Shown: positions 21,202 through 30,537, counted from the whole stretch's first letter. The stretch is 60,851 nucleotides of DNA, filler included, from 6 parts of 6 records of this genome joined end to end with filler, not necessarily neighbours in it; one strand, 5' to 3'. Made by a program: numbers and translations. Notes: a model not told the origin generated them from the letters alone.

Positions 21202-21367
21202 ATCTGCCCCCTCGTTGGCCCTACTGTGCGCCAGTGCAGCCCTTTTGCAAGGGAAACTCGCGTTTGAGCGGGGTCACGCCGCCCCGCAGCGCCTGATATC
21301 GGCTGAAACTTGCGCGCCAATGGCATGGGCAATTGCAGCGCGGGCAGGCGGCGGCTATCACTGCGCC

Positions 21368-21994
21368 ATGCGCGCGTTTTTTGCCTTTTTGTTCAGTTTA
21401 TGGGCCGCCCAGGCGGCTGCGCACCCGCATGTGTTTGTGCAAACCCAGCTGGTGCTATTGCCCGATGCACAGGGGCGCGCCGCCACGATCGAGGTGCATT
21501 GGGCCTATGACGAGCTGACCAGTTTGATGACGCTCGAGGATATGGGCCTCGATCAAGATTACGACGGGGTGCTCAGCCCGGGCGAACTGGCCCGGTTGCA
21601 AGGGTTTGATTTGCGCTGGATTGCCGGGTTCGAGGGCGATCTTTACCTGGCGCAGGGGGGGCAGGCGGTGCAACTGGATGCGCCCGTGGCGGTAGAGACG
21701 CGGTTTGAAAACGGGCAAATCATTTCGGTGCATCGGCGCGCCTTTGCCCCGGTGCCCGCGGGCACGGTGCTGGAAATAAAGGCCTATGACCCCACGTTTT
21801 ACACAGAATATACGCTGGCCGCTGCGGTGCAGGTGCCAGATGGCTGCCGCGTGCAGGTGTTACAGGCAGATTTGGGCCAGGCCAATGCGCTGCTGGATAA
21901 GCTCTTGCAAGAAAGCCCTGATATGGACGATGACGCCTTTCCCGCCGTGGGCCATGCCTTTGCCGACAAGGTTACAGTGACATGCGCGCAATAA
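21368..21994 (+). CDS. DUF1007-like periplasmic protein
   Basis: Signal peptide ending AQAAA then HPHVFV; YDPTFY; directly before the Ni/Co transporter. Confidence 0.8.
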   Translation: MRAFFAFLFSLWAAQAAAHPHVFVQTQLVLLPDAQGRAATIEVHWAYDELTSLMTLEDMGLDQDYDGVLSPGELARLQGFDLRWIAGFEGDLYLAQGGQAVQLDAPVAVETRFENGQIISVHRRAFAPVPAGTVLEIKAYDPTFYTEYTLAAAVQVPDGCRVQVLQADLGQANALLDKLLQESPDMDDDAFPAVGHAFADKVTVTCAQ

Positions 21995-22881
21995 CTGTGG
22001 CAGGCCTGGCAATTTTGGCGCTGCTGGCGGGCTGGCTGTGGCTGTTGGGGGGCGCAGATGAGCTGGCGCGCTGGGCCGCGCAGGGCCAACGCGAGGTGCA
22101 AAACGCCATGGCAGGGCTGTTGCGGCGCCTGCGCGGGGGCGACCCGGCGGCGCTGGCTGGGCTGATGTGGCTGTGTTTTGCCTATGGGTTTTTCCACGCC
22201 GCAGGCCCCGGCCATGGCAAGGTGCTGATTGCGGGCTATGGCCTGGGCCAGCCGGTTTCCGTGCTGCGCCTGTCGGGCTTGGCGTTGGCGGCCAGTTTGG
22301 CGCAAGCGGGCAGTGCTGTGGCATTGGTTTATGCGGGGGTTTTGCTGTTTCAAATGGCGCGCGCCCAGCTGGAAACATGGGCCGAGGCGGTTTTGGCCCC
22401 AGCCAGCTACGCTATGGTGGCAGCGGTTGGGCTGTGGCTGATGCTGCGCGGGCTGCATCATTGGCGCCAGGCCCAATCAATGGCCGCAGGCCATGCCGAA
22501 ACCGGCGGCCAGCCCTGTGGCTGCGGGCACAGCCATGGCCCCAGCCCCGATGCGGTGGCCCGTGCACAGGGCTGGCGCGATATGGCTGTTTTGGTGGGGG
22601 CCGTTGCGCTGCGGCCCTGCACGGGGGCGGTGTTTTTGCTGTTGCTGACATGGCAAATGGGCATAGCCCAGGCCGGCGTGCTGGGGGCCTTGGCCATGGG
22701 GGTTGGCACCGCCAGCGTGACAATCTTGGTGGCCATCGCATCGGTGGGGCTGCGCGCCGGGGTGTTGCAGGGCTTGGCCGGGCAAGGCGCACGCCTAAGC
22801 CGCGCGGCCAGCCTGCTGGAATTTAGCGCAGGCTTGATGGTGGCGTTGGTGGCAGGCCAGCTGGCGCTGCGGGCGCTTTAG
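21982..22881 (+). CDS. Nickel/cobalt transporter (RcnA/NiCoT-like)
   Basis: YGFFHAAGPGHGK, CGCGHSHGP loop, LRPCTGA, AMGVGTA. Confidence 0.85.
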   Translation: MRAITVAGLAILALLAGWLWLLGGADELARWAAQGQREVQNAMAGLLRRLRGGDPAALAGLMWLCFAYGFFHAAGPGHGKVLIAGYGLGQPVSVLRLSGLALAASLAQAGSAVALVYAGVLLFQMARAQLETWAEAVLAPASYAMVAAVGLWLMLRGLHHWRQAQSMAAGHAETGGQPCGCGHSHGPSPDAVARAQGWRDMAVLVGAVALRPCTGAVFLLLLTWQMGIAQAGVLGALAMGVGTASVTILVAIASVGLRAGVLQGLAGQGARLSRAASLLEFSAGLMVALVAGQLALRAL

Positions 22882-22882
22882 G

Positions 22883-23314
22883 GTGGGCGGCGCGCTGACA
22901 GGGCTATTTCTGGCAGCCTTCATCGCCGCAACGCTGCTGCCGGCCCAGTCTGAGGCGTTATTGGCCTATCTTGTGGTGCAATCGCCCCATTCTGTGGCGC
23001 TATTGGTGGCGGTGGCCACCCTTGGCAATGTGCTGGGCAGCTGTGTGAATTGGGGGCTGGGGCGGTTTTTTCGCCATTATCGCGATGCGCATTGGTTTCC
23101 AGTTTCCGCCCGCCAACAGGCCCGCGCCGAGGCGCTGTATCGCCGCTATGGGCGGGCCAGCTTATTGCTGTCATGGGTGCCGATCATCGGTGATCCGATC
23201 ACCTGTGTCGCGGGTTTACTGGGCGAGGATCTGCGCATTTTTGTCTTGCTGGTCACTTTGGCAAAGGCGGGGCGCTATTGCGTTGTGGCCAGCATAACCT
23301 TGGCGGCGATCTAG
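22883..23314 (+). CDS. YqaA/DedA (VTT domain) membrane protein
   Basis: AFIAATLLPAQSE, GNVLGS, LLSWVPIIGDP, KAGRY. Confidence 0.88.
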   Translation: MGGALTGLFLAAFIAATLLPAQSEALLAYLVVQSPHSVALLVAVATLGNVLGSCVNWGLGRFFRHYRDAHWFPVSARQQARAEALYRRYGRASLLLSWVPIIGDPITCVAGLLGEDLRIFVLLVTLAKAGRYCVVASITLAAI

Positions 23315-23756
23315 GTGCAAAAGCGGAATTGCGGGAAAAAAGAATCAATCGGCGCAAAAGATAGGGCGGGTTTGCGGCCAAAGTTTGGGTTTTTGCCTAA
23401 AAGCTGGGCAGTTGGGCTTAGACCTTTGTCTTATGAAACGCGGGATTTTGGTCAAAGTGGCGCAAGCGCCGCATTTGGGCGGTTTGGCCGTGCGGCTTAC
23501 TAAAAATAATTTAAAAACAATATCTTGTGTGATTTTGTGATAAGTATTGCAATCGATCGGCACCTATACGAAAGCGCTTAAATTAGCCCAAAGTGCGTTG
23601 CCGTTTCGAATGAGACTTAGACCAAGTGTTCAAAAGTTGATTTAAGTCAATTTGCGCTGCTGCGGTCTGCCAAACTGGCAACCTACAGGCCCAAGGCGGC
23701 ACCTTTTTTGATGGTTTTTGTTCTGAGTGCGGGGGTTTTATGAATTGATTTGAGAC

Positions 23757-24398
23757 ATGGAGGGACCCATGGCAAAGGCGTTTATACTGTCAAATCAAAC
23801 CTTTGTTCGCGAAGGTATCAAAGGGTTTTTGAAAGAGGCAGGTGAAATCGAAATTGCCGGTGCTGAAAGCTACTCGCAAAGCGACGTTCCCGCCATTGAT
23901 AAAGATGTAGAAATATTGATTGTCGACCTATGCGCGCAGCAAGACCCAAGCGGCCTGGTCAAGAAAATGCGCCGGGTGCGTGAGGATGCAAAAGTAATTG
24001 CAATTTGCCCCGCCTATGCAACTGAAAACGCGGTCAAAGCATTAGATTCCGGGGCCGCAGCCATTTTAACCCATGAATGCCGCGCCGAAGAATTGACCAT
24101 TGCCATCAAAAAGGTGCGCGCCGGCGATAACTTTGTTCAGCCCGATATTGCCATGGAAATCTTCAAGGAAATGCGCGCAAAAGAAGCCAACCGCGCCGAG
24201 GCGGAAAAGCTGCGCCTGACCGTGCGCGAGGCACAGGTGGTGCGCCACCTGAAACAGGGCAAAACAAACCGCCAGATTGGTGAATGCCTGGATATTAGCG
24301 AAAAGACCGTGAAATACTACGTCGGCATTTTGAAAGACAAATTCAGCGCAGCAAACCGCCTAGAAATTGTGCTGCACGCCCAACGCCTTTCGATCTGA
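23757..24398 (+). CDS. NarL/LuxR family response regulator with degenerate receiver domain
   Basis: C-terminal LTVREAQV...GKTNRQIG...SEKTVKYY HTH; receiver lacks the DD pair and the Lys; start may be 23769. Confidence 0.85.
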   Translation: MEGPMAKAFILSNQTFVREGIKGFLKEAGEIEIAGAESYSQSDVPAIDKDVEILIVDLCAQQDPSGLVKKMRRVREDAKVIAICPAYATENAVKALDSGAAAILTHECRAEELTIAIKKVRAGDNFVQPDIAMEIFKEMRAKEANRAEAEKLRLTVREAQVVRHLKQGKTNRQIGECLDISEKTVKYYVGILKDKFSAANRLEIVLHAQRLSI

Positions 24399-24483
24399 TC
24401 AGCCCCATTTGGCCTAGACGCACCCAAAACTGAATAAGCGGCCATCAAACGAATAATCAATAACCCAAAATCGAGGCCTTTTC

Positions 24484-26334
24484 ATGGCTATGACCCAAAC
24501 ATTGCTGCGGAAAATTCCTGGCCTGACCGACATTACATTTCGTCCAATTCTACCGCGGGTGCGGATTCGAACCCAAATTGTTGTGGCCACGGTTTTGTCG
24601 CTGGCTATTTTGGCGGCTGCCACTGTGGCCTGGACCCGGGCCGCATTTTTGAATCGCGAAATGGAACTGGTGCGTGAAAAGCACCTGTTGCTGGCAGAAA
24701 AACTGTCGCTGTCCTTGGATCGATACATTTTGGATGTTGTGGCAATATTCGACCATGCCGCCGACACATATGGCGGGCAAGAAGACGCCGAATTGCTTGA
24801 GACCGTGAAAATTTCGGCTGTGCGGTATTTTGACCAGCAGGGCGCGATAGAATTCGAATATAACCCGAACCGCCGCGATATTCCCTACGAAATAGTGGCC
24901 GACCAGATGGTGAGAATTGAAGCCAGCGGCCAAGGTGGGGTAACGGTGATATCGGACTTGGTTAATAACAATTCCGATGCGTTTTTTGTTATCGTTCGAA
25001 AAACCACTGATGGTGGGTTTGCCGCCGGGCGGCTCGAGCTGGATTACATCCGCGCGTTGCAGGCCAGTATCCGTTTTGGTGAATTGGGCCACTCTGCCAT
25101 ATTTGACAAACGTGGGTTTACCATCGCGCACCCCATCAAAAGCGTGGAAGACGGCGGCATGAATGCCTCGGGCATTTCTATTGTTCAGCAAATGATGGCG
25201 GGCAAAACGGGGGTGGAAACATTTTATTCGCCACCCATGAAAAAAGATATGATTGCGGGGTTCACGGCTGTTTCATCAACAGGCTGGGGCATTATGGTTC
25301 CCCAGCCCATTGACGAGATCATCACGGGCGTAAATCGCGCGTCCTTTGGGGCGTTTATGGTGATTTTGATCTTTTTGATCCTGGCTACATTGGTGGGCCT
25401 GGTTCTGGCGCGCTCCATTTCCGGGCCAATCGAAAGACTGGCCGATTTTAGTGCGCGCATTGCCGATAATGAAGGCGGCGTTAGCGATAATTCGGTGGTG
25501 AACAAGCCTTACACGTCCTACGAGATGGAATATCTGCGCCAGGCTTTAATGCGCCTGATCGAGCATTTCCGCAGATCCGACCGAAAATTGCGCACGGCAT
25601 TGGATATCGAAGAACGCGAAAGCAAGTTCAAAGATAACTTCCTTATCGCTGTTGGGCACGAGCTGAAAAACCCTTTGAATGGCGTATCGGGTATGTTGGC
25701 GGTAGCTACCGAAAAGAACAAAGACCAAGACGTGGCCCGCTTTTTGGGAATTGCCGCAAACTCGGCCAAGATGATGAACCACATTATCGAAGAGATGTTG
25801 GTGTTTTCCGGCGAGCAGCGCGAAAATAAACCCCTGTATCTGGAACCGGTTCTGTTAAAAGACTTCTGCACCGACCTGGCCGAGGTTCATAGCCGGTATG
25901 CGCAGGAAAAAGGTTTGATTTTCAACAAGGAATTCAACTTTCCCCGCCGCGTGCGCATCGAAACCGATCGCACCAAGCTAAGCCAGGTGTTAAGCAATTT
26001 GCTAAATAACGCCCTGAAATACACAAATGAGGGTGAAATTTTCTTTGGTGTCTCGTTGCGCGAAATGCCTGGAAAGCCTGAATCTGAGCTATGCTTTACC
26101 ATCCGCGATACGGGCATTGGCATCAGCAAGGAAAACAAACAACGCGTGTTTGATCCGTTCTTTCAGGCCGATAGCTCGTATTCCCGGTCTTACAACGGGC
26201 TGGGTTTGGGCCTGTCGATTGTGCGCCAGCTGTCCGAGCGGTTGCAGGGCACGGTTGAACTGGAAAGTGAAATTGGGGAAGGCACAACCGCTATTTTGAT
26301 TATTCCAGTGCGGGTGCACCGAATTTCTTCCTAA
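24484..26334 (+). CDS. Sensor histidine kinase (TM-Cache-like-TM-HAMP-HisKA-HATPase)
   Basis: HELKNPL H-box, NLLNNALKY, DTGIG, FDPF, GLGLGL; IAHP in the periplasmic domain. Confidence 0.92.
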   Translation: MAMTQTLLRKIPGLTDITFRPILPRVRIRTQIVVATVLSLAILAAATVAWTRAAFLNREMELVREKHLLLAEKLSLSLDRYILDVVAIFDHAADTYGGQEDAELLETVKISAVRYFDQQGAIEFEYNPNRRDIPYEIVADQMVRIEASGQGGVTVISDLVNNNSDAFFVIVRKTTDGGFAAGRLELDYIRALQASIRFGELGHSAIFDKRGFTIAHPIKSVEDGGMNASGISIVQQMMAGKTGVETFYSPPMKKDMIAGFTAVSSTGWGIMVPQPIDEIITGVNRASFGAFMVILIFLILATLVGLVLARSISGPIERLADFSARIADNEGGVSDNSVVNKPYTSYEMEYLRQALMRLIEHFRRSDRKLRTALDIEERESKFKDNFLIAVGHELKNPLNGVSGMLAVATEKNKDQDVARFLGIAANSAKMMNHIIEEMLVFSGEQRENKPLYLEPVLLKDFCTDLAEVHSRYAQEKGLIFNKEFNFPRRVRIETDRTKLSQVLSNLLNNALKYTNEGEIFFGVSLREMPGKPESELCFTIRDTGIGISKENKQRVFDPFFQADSSYSRSYNGLGLGLSIVRQLSERLQGTVELESEIGEGTTAILIIPVRVHRISS

Positions 26335-26861
26335 CGGACTGTGCCTGAATGGCTGTGCGCCTTAAGCGCCCGATAAGAGTTGATTAAACCGTGGCTCAAA
26401 AAGCCGATGAACATGAGCCGGGCAACAAAAACTACATTTGCCTTCCACAGTAAAAAGTCGATGCTTAACCGCTGGTAATTGGGAATCGCGTTCCAATCTA
26501 TAGATTGGCGTGATGTAAAATCGATGGCGTGCCCCGTTGTTGTCACCAACAAAAGTAGTGCGAATGCCAAAACATAACCGCGGTCGCATATATAGCTTAG
26601 GCACAGCGGTATGGCTGCGGCCCAAAGAATACAAAGCCTGATAAAGACGATATTCCCAGCCTCGGTGGGTTTGACACCGTAGAAAAGCTGGTAAAGGCGC
26701 TGCATGTCTTCGGCAAAATATTCCACATAGACTGTGAGAAAACATGCCAAGATCAACAGCATACAAACATTCAGCCGTAACGCCCTGCGTAGCCCAGCTT
26801 TTTTAAAATGCCGTTTCATCCAATTGCTGCCTAGCTGCCCGCGTTTTGGTGGCTTTATCAA
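26331..26861 (-). CDS. Hypothetical membrane protein
   Basis: About 4 hydrophobic segments; fills the gap between kinase and receiver; AT-rich; start uncertain. Confidence 0.55.
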   Translation of the reverse strand: MIKPPKRGQLGSNWMKRHFKKAGLRRALRLNVCMLLILACFLTVYVEYFAEDMQRLYQLFYGVKPTEAGNIVFIRLCILWAAAIPLCLSYICDRGYVLAFALLLLVTTTGHAIDFTSRQSIDWNAIPNYQRLSIDFLLWKANVVFVARLMFIGFLSHGLINSYRALKAHSHSGTVR

Positions 26862-26911
26862 TATTTAATGCGCACAGATCCCTTTTCATCGGTCTGTGGT
26901 TAAAAAATTGA

Positions 26912-27310
26912 TCAGTTCAGGCTGTTGGGGGCCTGTGACACCAGTAGCGATTCCAGATAATCGGCACGATCTGAATCGAATGGCTTTGCAATCAGCGCGC
27001 GCATCCCTGCACCTTTGCATTTCTCAGTGTCGCTTAGTGTTGTGTGGGCCGTCAGCGCATAGATGACCGTATCTGAATTCAAGCTGTGCGTTGCTTTTAT
27101 TTGGCGGACGGTTTCAAACCCATCCATTTGCGGCATGCTAAGATCCATCAAAATGGCATCGAACGTGTATTGTTGGATCATTTTCAGGCATTCAGCACCC
27201 GATGCCGCCTGGCGCACATCATAGCCACGCATTTCCATAAGCAATTGCACAACCATTCGGTTGGTTTCATCGTCATCCACCACCAGGAGTTGGGCTTTGT
27301 CTGCTTGCAT
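26912..27310 (-). CDS. Single-domain response regulator (receiver)
   Basis: VVDDD, LMDLSMPQMDG, ALTAH, AKPF; all canonical residues present. Confidence 0.9.
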   Translation of the reverse strand: MQADKAQLLVVDDDETNRMVVQLLMEMRGYDVRQAASGAECLKMIQQYTFDAILMDLSMPQMDGFETVRQIKATHSLNSDTVIYALTAHTTLSDTEKCKGAGMRALIAKPFDSDRADYLESLLVSQAPNSLN

Positions 27311-27480
27311 TTGCTTTTCGCTTACTTTGACATTGGTCTTTATTTGGCACACAGGCTGCGCGCGGCGGTGGTTAGAGCAAAGCGTGGCAAAACACTTTGC
27401 CTATTCAGTCTATGGCAGAATTGCGCAATTTCCAAGTATGTGCATGGCAAAAGACATCTCTGCACTGATTATTTTTATGC

Positions 27481-27903
27481 CTAAATGTTGCGTTCGCTGG
27501 GCCGGCCGGCGTTTGGCGGCAGGGTGAAAAGGGGCAGCGCATCAAATTCGGGCGTGATGCAGGTGGATTTTGCGATTGGTTTGCACAGATCTTGGCTGAG
27601 CAACACTTGGCTAAGTGTCAAACCGATTGTTCCGCTTTTACTGCAGTCGGCCAATTTGGTGCCATCCTGCGCCTGTGTTATTTGGCAAACCACCCGGCCA
27701 CCGCGCAAAAATGTGTTGGCGACGCGTTTTGCCTCTAGCCCGGTGGCGGTGGTGCTGGCGGGGCATTCTGCCCCGCGCAAGGCCACGACAATATCGTTCA
27801 GCACCAAGGTATGGCCATTCAGGGCGCCCCAAGTGATGGCGTTTTGGGCGTTCAGCGCGGCGCCTGGGCAGCATAGCATTGCGGCGAAAAACAATTGTTT
27901 CAT
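27481..27903 (-). CDS. Secreted thermonuclease (SNase)-like protein, catalytic residues degenerate
   Basis: Signal peptide; LNGHTL..VALRGAECP..G.EA..GRVVC..LADC follows the DGDT..IRL.G.DAPE..V.C..VA.C pattern. Confidence 0.5.
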   Translation of the reverse strand: MKQLFFAAMLCCPGAALNAQNAITWGALNGHTLVLNDIVVALRGAECPASTTATGLEAKRVANTFLRGGRVVCQITQAQDGTKLADCSKSGTIGLTLSQVLLSQDLCKPIAKSTCITPEFDALPLFTLPPNAGRPSERNI

Positions 27904-27912
27904 TCTGTCCTC

Positions 27913-29238
27913 CTAGCGTTCACGGAAGGCGCGGGCCAGCTGGTCTTGGAAGGGTTTGACCAAATACGACAGGGCCGTGCGTTCGCTGGTTGTGATGTAA
28001 ATTTCCAATGGCATGCCGGGGCGCAATTCCCGCCCGCCCAGCAGGGCCAGCTGGTTGGGCTCTACCGCCACTTTCATCTGGTAGAAATCGGCGCCGGTGG
28101 CCTGGTCGCGGGTGGCGGCGGCGGCAACATAGCTGACGGTGCCGCGAATTTCGGGTGTTTCGTTTTGTTCAAAGGCCGAGAAGCGCAACCGTGCCTCGCG
28201 GTTTGTGTCTACCTGTTCGATTTGAACGGCGGGCACGCGGGCGCTGAACACCAGCTTTGCGTCTTCGGGCACGATCGTGGCCAGCACCTCGGCGGGCGAG
28301 ATGACACCGCCGACCGAGTTGATGTTCAAGTCGTTGATCTGGCCGGAAATTGGCGCGCGAATATCGGTGCGCTGCAGCGTGTCTTCTACCAAAAGCCGCC
28401 GCTCGCGCAGCTCTGAAAGCAGCGTTTCTACCTCGCGCAATTCGGTTTGCGCGTCGGTGCGGGCTTTTTCCTCCATGGAAAGAATGTCCAGCTCTAGCTC
28501 GCTGATGCGGCTGCGTGCGCGCCCCAGGCTGGATAGAATCTCGCCATGCTCGCCTTTTAGGCGCACGTTTTCGCGGTGAATGGAAAACACCGTGTTGCGC
28601 ACTGTCAGATTGCGGTCTGACAGCTGTTGAATGCGGTCGTTTTCGGTGGAAACCAGCTGAATTTCATCTTCTTTGGCCTCCAGGCGCGCCTCTAGGCCTT
28701 TGATTTCGTTTTCCACCTGTTCGATGGCCAGCTCTAACTGCTCTTTGCGGCTTTTATACGAGGCAAGGCTGCCTTCGAAAATGCGCTGCTCGCCTGCAAA
28801 AATCGAATTGATCGTTTCCTTCGGGGTGATCAGATCGTTTAACACGCTGGGGCGGGTGAACCTGTCTTGCAGATCGCGCTGCGCCTCGAGGCGGTTTTTC
28901 CGAATAGAGAATTCGGCGATTTTACCGTGCAAAATGGCCCGCTCCATCCGCGCAGATGTATCATCAAGGCGGATCAGGATATCGCCCTGCGATACGCTGT
29001 CACCGGCTTGGGCCAAGATTTCTTGCACGATACCGCCATCGCGGTGCTGCACCACGCGCAGGTTTCGATCAACCGCCACTTCGCCGGTCACAACAACCGC
29101 CCCGGCCACCTCGGCCTGCGAGGCCCAGCCAAAAATGCCGCCAATCAAAAGGCCCGTTACCACGAACCCGCCCAACACGCGCGAGCGAATGGAATAGATG
29201 CCGCTTTCCGCGTCGGTGTTTGAAAGTGTCTTGGTCAT
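27913..29238 (-). CDS. HlyD family type I secretion periplasmic adaptor
   Basis: N-terminal TM, VQHRDGGIV, long coiled coil, IRAPISG, LRPGMP, YLVKP...AFRER. Confidence 0.93.
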   Translation of the reverse strand: MTKTLSNTDAESGIYSIRSRVLGGFVVTGLLIGGIFGWASQAEVAGAVVVTGEVAVDRNLRVVQHRDGGIVQEILAQAGDSVSQGDILIRLDDTSARMERAILHGKIAEFSIRKNRLEAQRDLQDRFTRPSVLNDLITPKETINSIFAGEQRIFEGSLASYKSRKEQLELAIEQVENEIKGLEARLEAKEDEIQLVSTENDRIQQLSDRNLTVRNTVFSIHRENVRLKGEHGEILSSLGRARSRISELELDILSMEEKARTDAQTELREVETLLSELRERRLLVEDTLQRTDIRAPISGQINDLNINSVGGVISPAEVLATIVPEDAKLVFSARVPAVQIEQVDTNREARLRFSAFEQNETPEIRGTVSYVAAAATRDQATGADFYQMKVAVEPNQLALLGGRELRPGMPLEIYITTSERTALSYLVKPFQDQLARAFRER

Positions 29239-29253
29239 TGTCTTAATCCTTCA

Positions 29254-30372
29254 TCATCCATTCATCGAAAGCGTATCGAGCCGGTCTTGCGGATCTAGCA
29301 AAATATCGATCTGCAGATCGGCGCTGCCATCATTGTTGAAATCAACCGAAATGCTGCGCGTCAGCGCGCCATCGCTTTCGGCGGTTTGGTAACTGAGCCG
29401 GGTTTGCACTGTTTCGGCATGCTCGGCGCGGGCGGCCTGCATGCGGCCCTCTAGCGTGGCCATATCGGGTGCATCCGCGCTGTCGCTTGGGGCCGAGAGG
29501 CTGTTGAAATCCAGCACCATATCTTCCCCAAGGCGCAGCGTATCACCGCGCCCAAAATTGGTGATCTGATGGAAACTGGGGCCGTCTTTGGCGGTTGCGT
29601 TGGCCATCAGGGCGGAAAAGTCGAATTCATCGGCGGCATTGCCGGCAAAAATTTCCTCGATCTCGTGCATCTGATCGGCCGGCCCATCGTCGAGCTGCAC
29701 CGCGCCGGTGGCAAAATCGACATGGCTGTGCTGTTTGGCGCTGGAAATATCCAGGCGGTCAAACCCCGCGCCACCATGGGCGATATCGGCATCGTCGTCG
29801 GCTGCCAAAACCAGGCGGTCGTGGCCCGCACCGCCGGCCAATATATCGGCGCCTGCGCCATCAAACAGCGTGTCGTCCCCGTCATCACCCGACAGGTGAT
29901 CGGTGCCGCTGCCACCCTGCAGAGTGTCATTGCCCGCATCGCCGCGCAGCAGGTTATGGCCCGCCACGCCCTGGATCACATCATCGCCGGCGCCGCCGCT
30001 GATTGCGTCATTGCCTTGTGTGCCCATCAGCAGGTCATCGCCATCCGTTCCCCACACAAGCGGGGTTGGCTGGCTGCTTTGCGCGCTGTCGCTGTTGTGA
30101 TCGTCGTCGCAGCTGTCGCAGGCGTGATCGGCGCTGTCGTCGGCATGATCATGGGCCAGGTCGTCGTCGTGATCCTCGTCGCGATCGTCGTCGTGATCGT
30201 GCGCGCTATCCTCGTCGTCTTTTTCTTCGTCCTTTCTGGTGTCGTCCTGGTCGTGCACCTCGCCACAGATGTCGCAAGCCGCAGCTTCGTTTTGGTCTTT
30301 GTCCTCGTCTTTGTCGTCATCCTCGCGAACATCGTCTTCGCGATCATCGTCTTCGCGATCATCGCCTTCGTG
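29254..30372 (-). CDS. RTX-type Ca-binding secreted protein with Asp/Glu/His-rich CxxC region (5' end cut)
   Basis: Repeated GGxGxDxL-type nonapeptides; the frame stays open to the contig edge, 38 codons upstream of the track start. Confidence 0.85.
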   Translation of the reverse strand, partial: HEGDDREDDDREDDVREDDDKDEDKDQNEAAACDICGEVHDQDDTRKDEEKDDEDSAHDHDDDRDEDHDDDLAHDHADDSADHACDSCDDDHNSDSAQSSQPTPLVWGTDGDDLLMGTQGNDAISGGAGDDVIQGVAGHNLLRGDAGNDTLQGGSGTDHLSGDDGDDTLFDGAGADILAGGAGHDRLVLAADDDADIAHGGAGFDRLDISSAKQHSHVDFATGAVQLDDGPADQMHEIEEIFAGNAADEFDFSALMANATAKDGPSFHQITNFGRGDTLRLGEDMVLDFNSLSAPSDSADAPDMATLEGRMQAARAEHAETVQTRLSYQTAESDGALTRSISVDFNNDGSADLQIDILLDPQDRLDTLSMNG

Positions 30373-30472
30373 NNNNNNNNNNNNNNNNNNNNNNNNNNNN
30401 NNNNNNNNNNNNNNNNTTAATTAATTAANNNNNNNNNNNNNNNNNNNNNNNNNNNNNNNNNNNNNNNNNNNN
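30373..30472. other. Artificial contig linker
   Basis: N44-TTAATTAATTAA-N44. Confidence 0.99.
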
Positions 30473-30491
30473 CCAATTCCGCCACCTGGGC
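30473..30491 (-). tRNA. 5' fragment of a tRNA, probably tRNA-Leu, cut by the contig edge
   Basis: Minus strand GCCCAGGTGGCGGAATTGG equals the acceptor-stem 5' strand plus D-arm typical of tRNA-Leu; promoter just upstream. Confidence 0.65.
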
Positions 30492-30508
30492 AGGTGTCGT
30501 GAGATGGG

Positions 30509-30537
30509 CGTTTAAGCCTGGGCGCGGGCGGTGTCAA
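30509..30537 (-). promoter_or_regulatory. Sigma70-type promoter of the tRNA
   Basis: Minus strand TTGACA, 17 nt, TAAACG, 18 nt before the tRNA start. Confidence 0.6.

Noticed and set aside
18380..23314. One large metal-resistance island joining the MerR/ATPase pair with the Ni/Co transporter
   Set aside because: A contig linker separates them, so no linkage can be inferred
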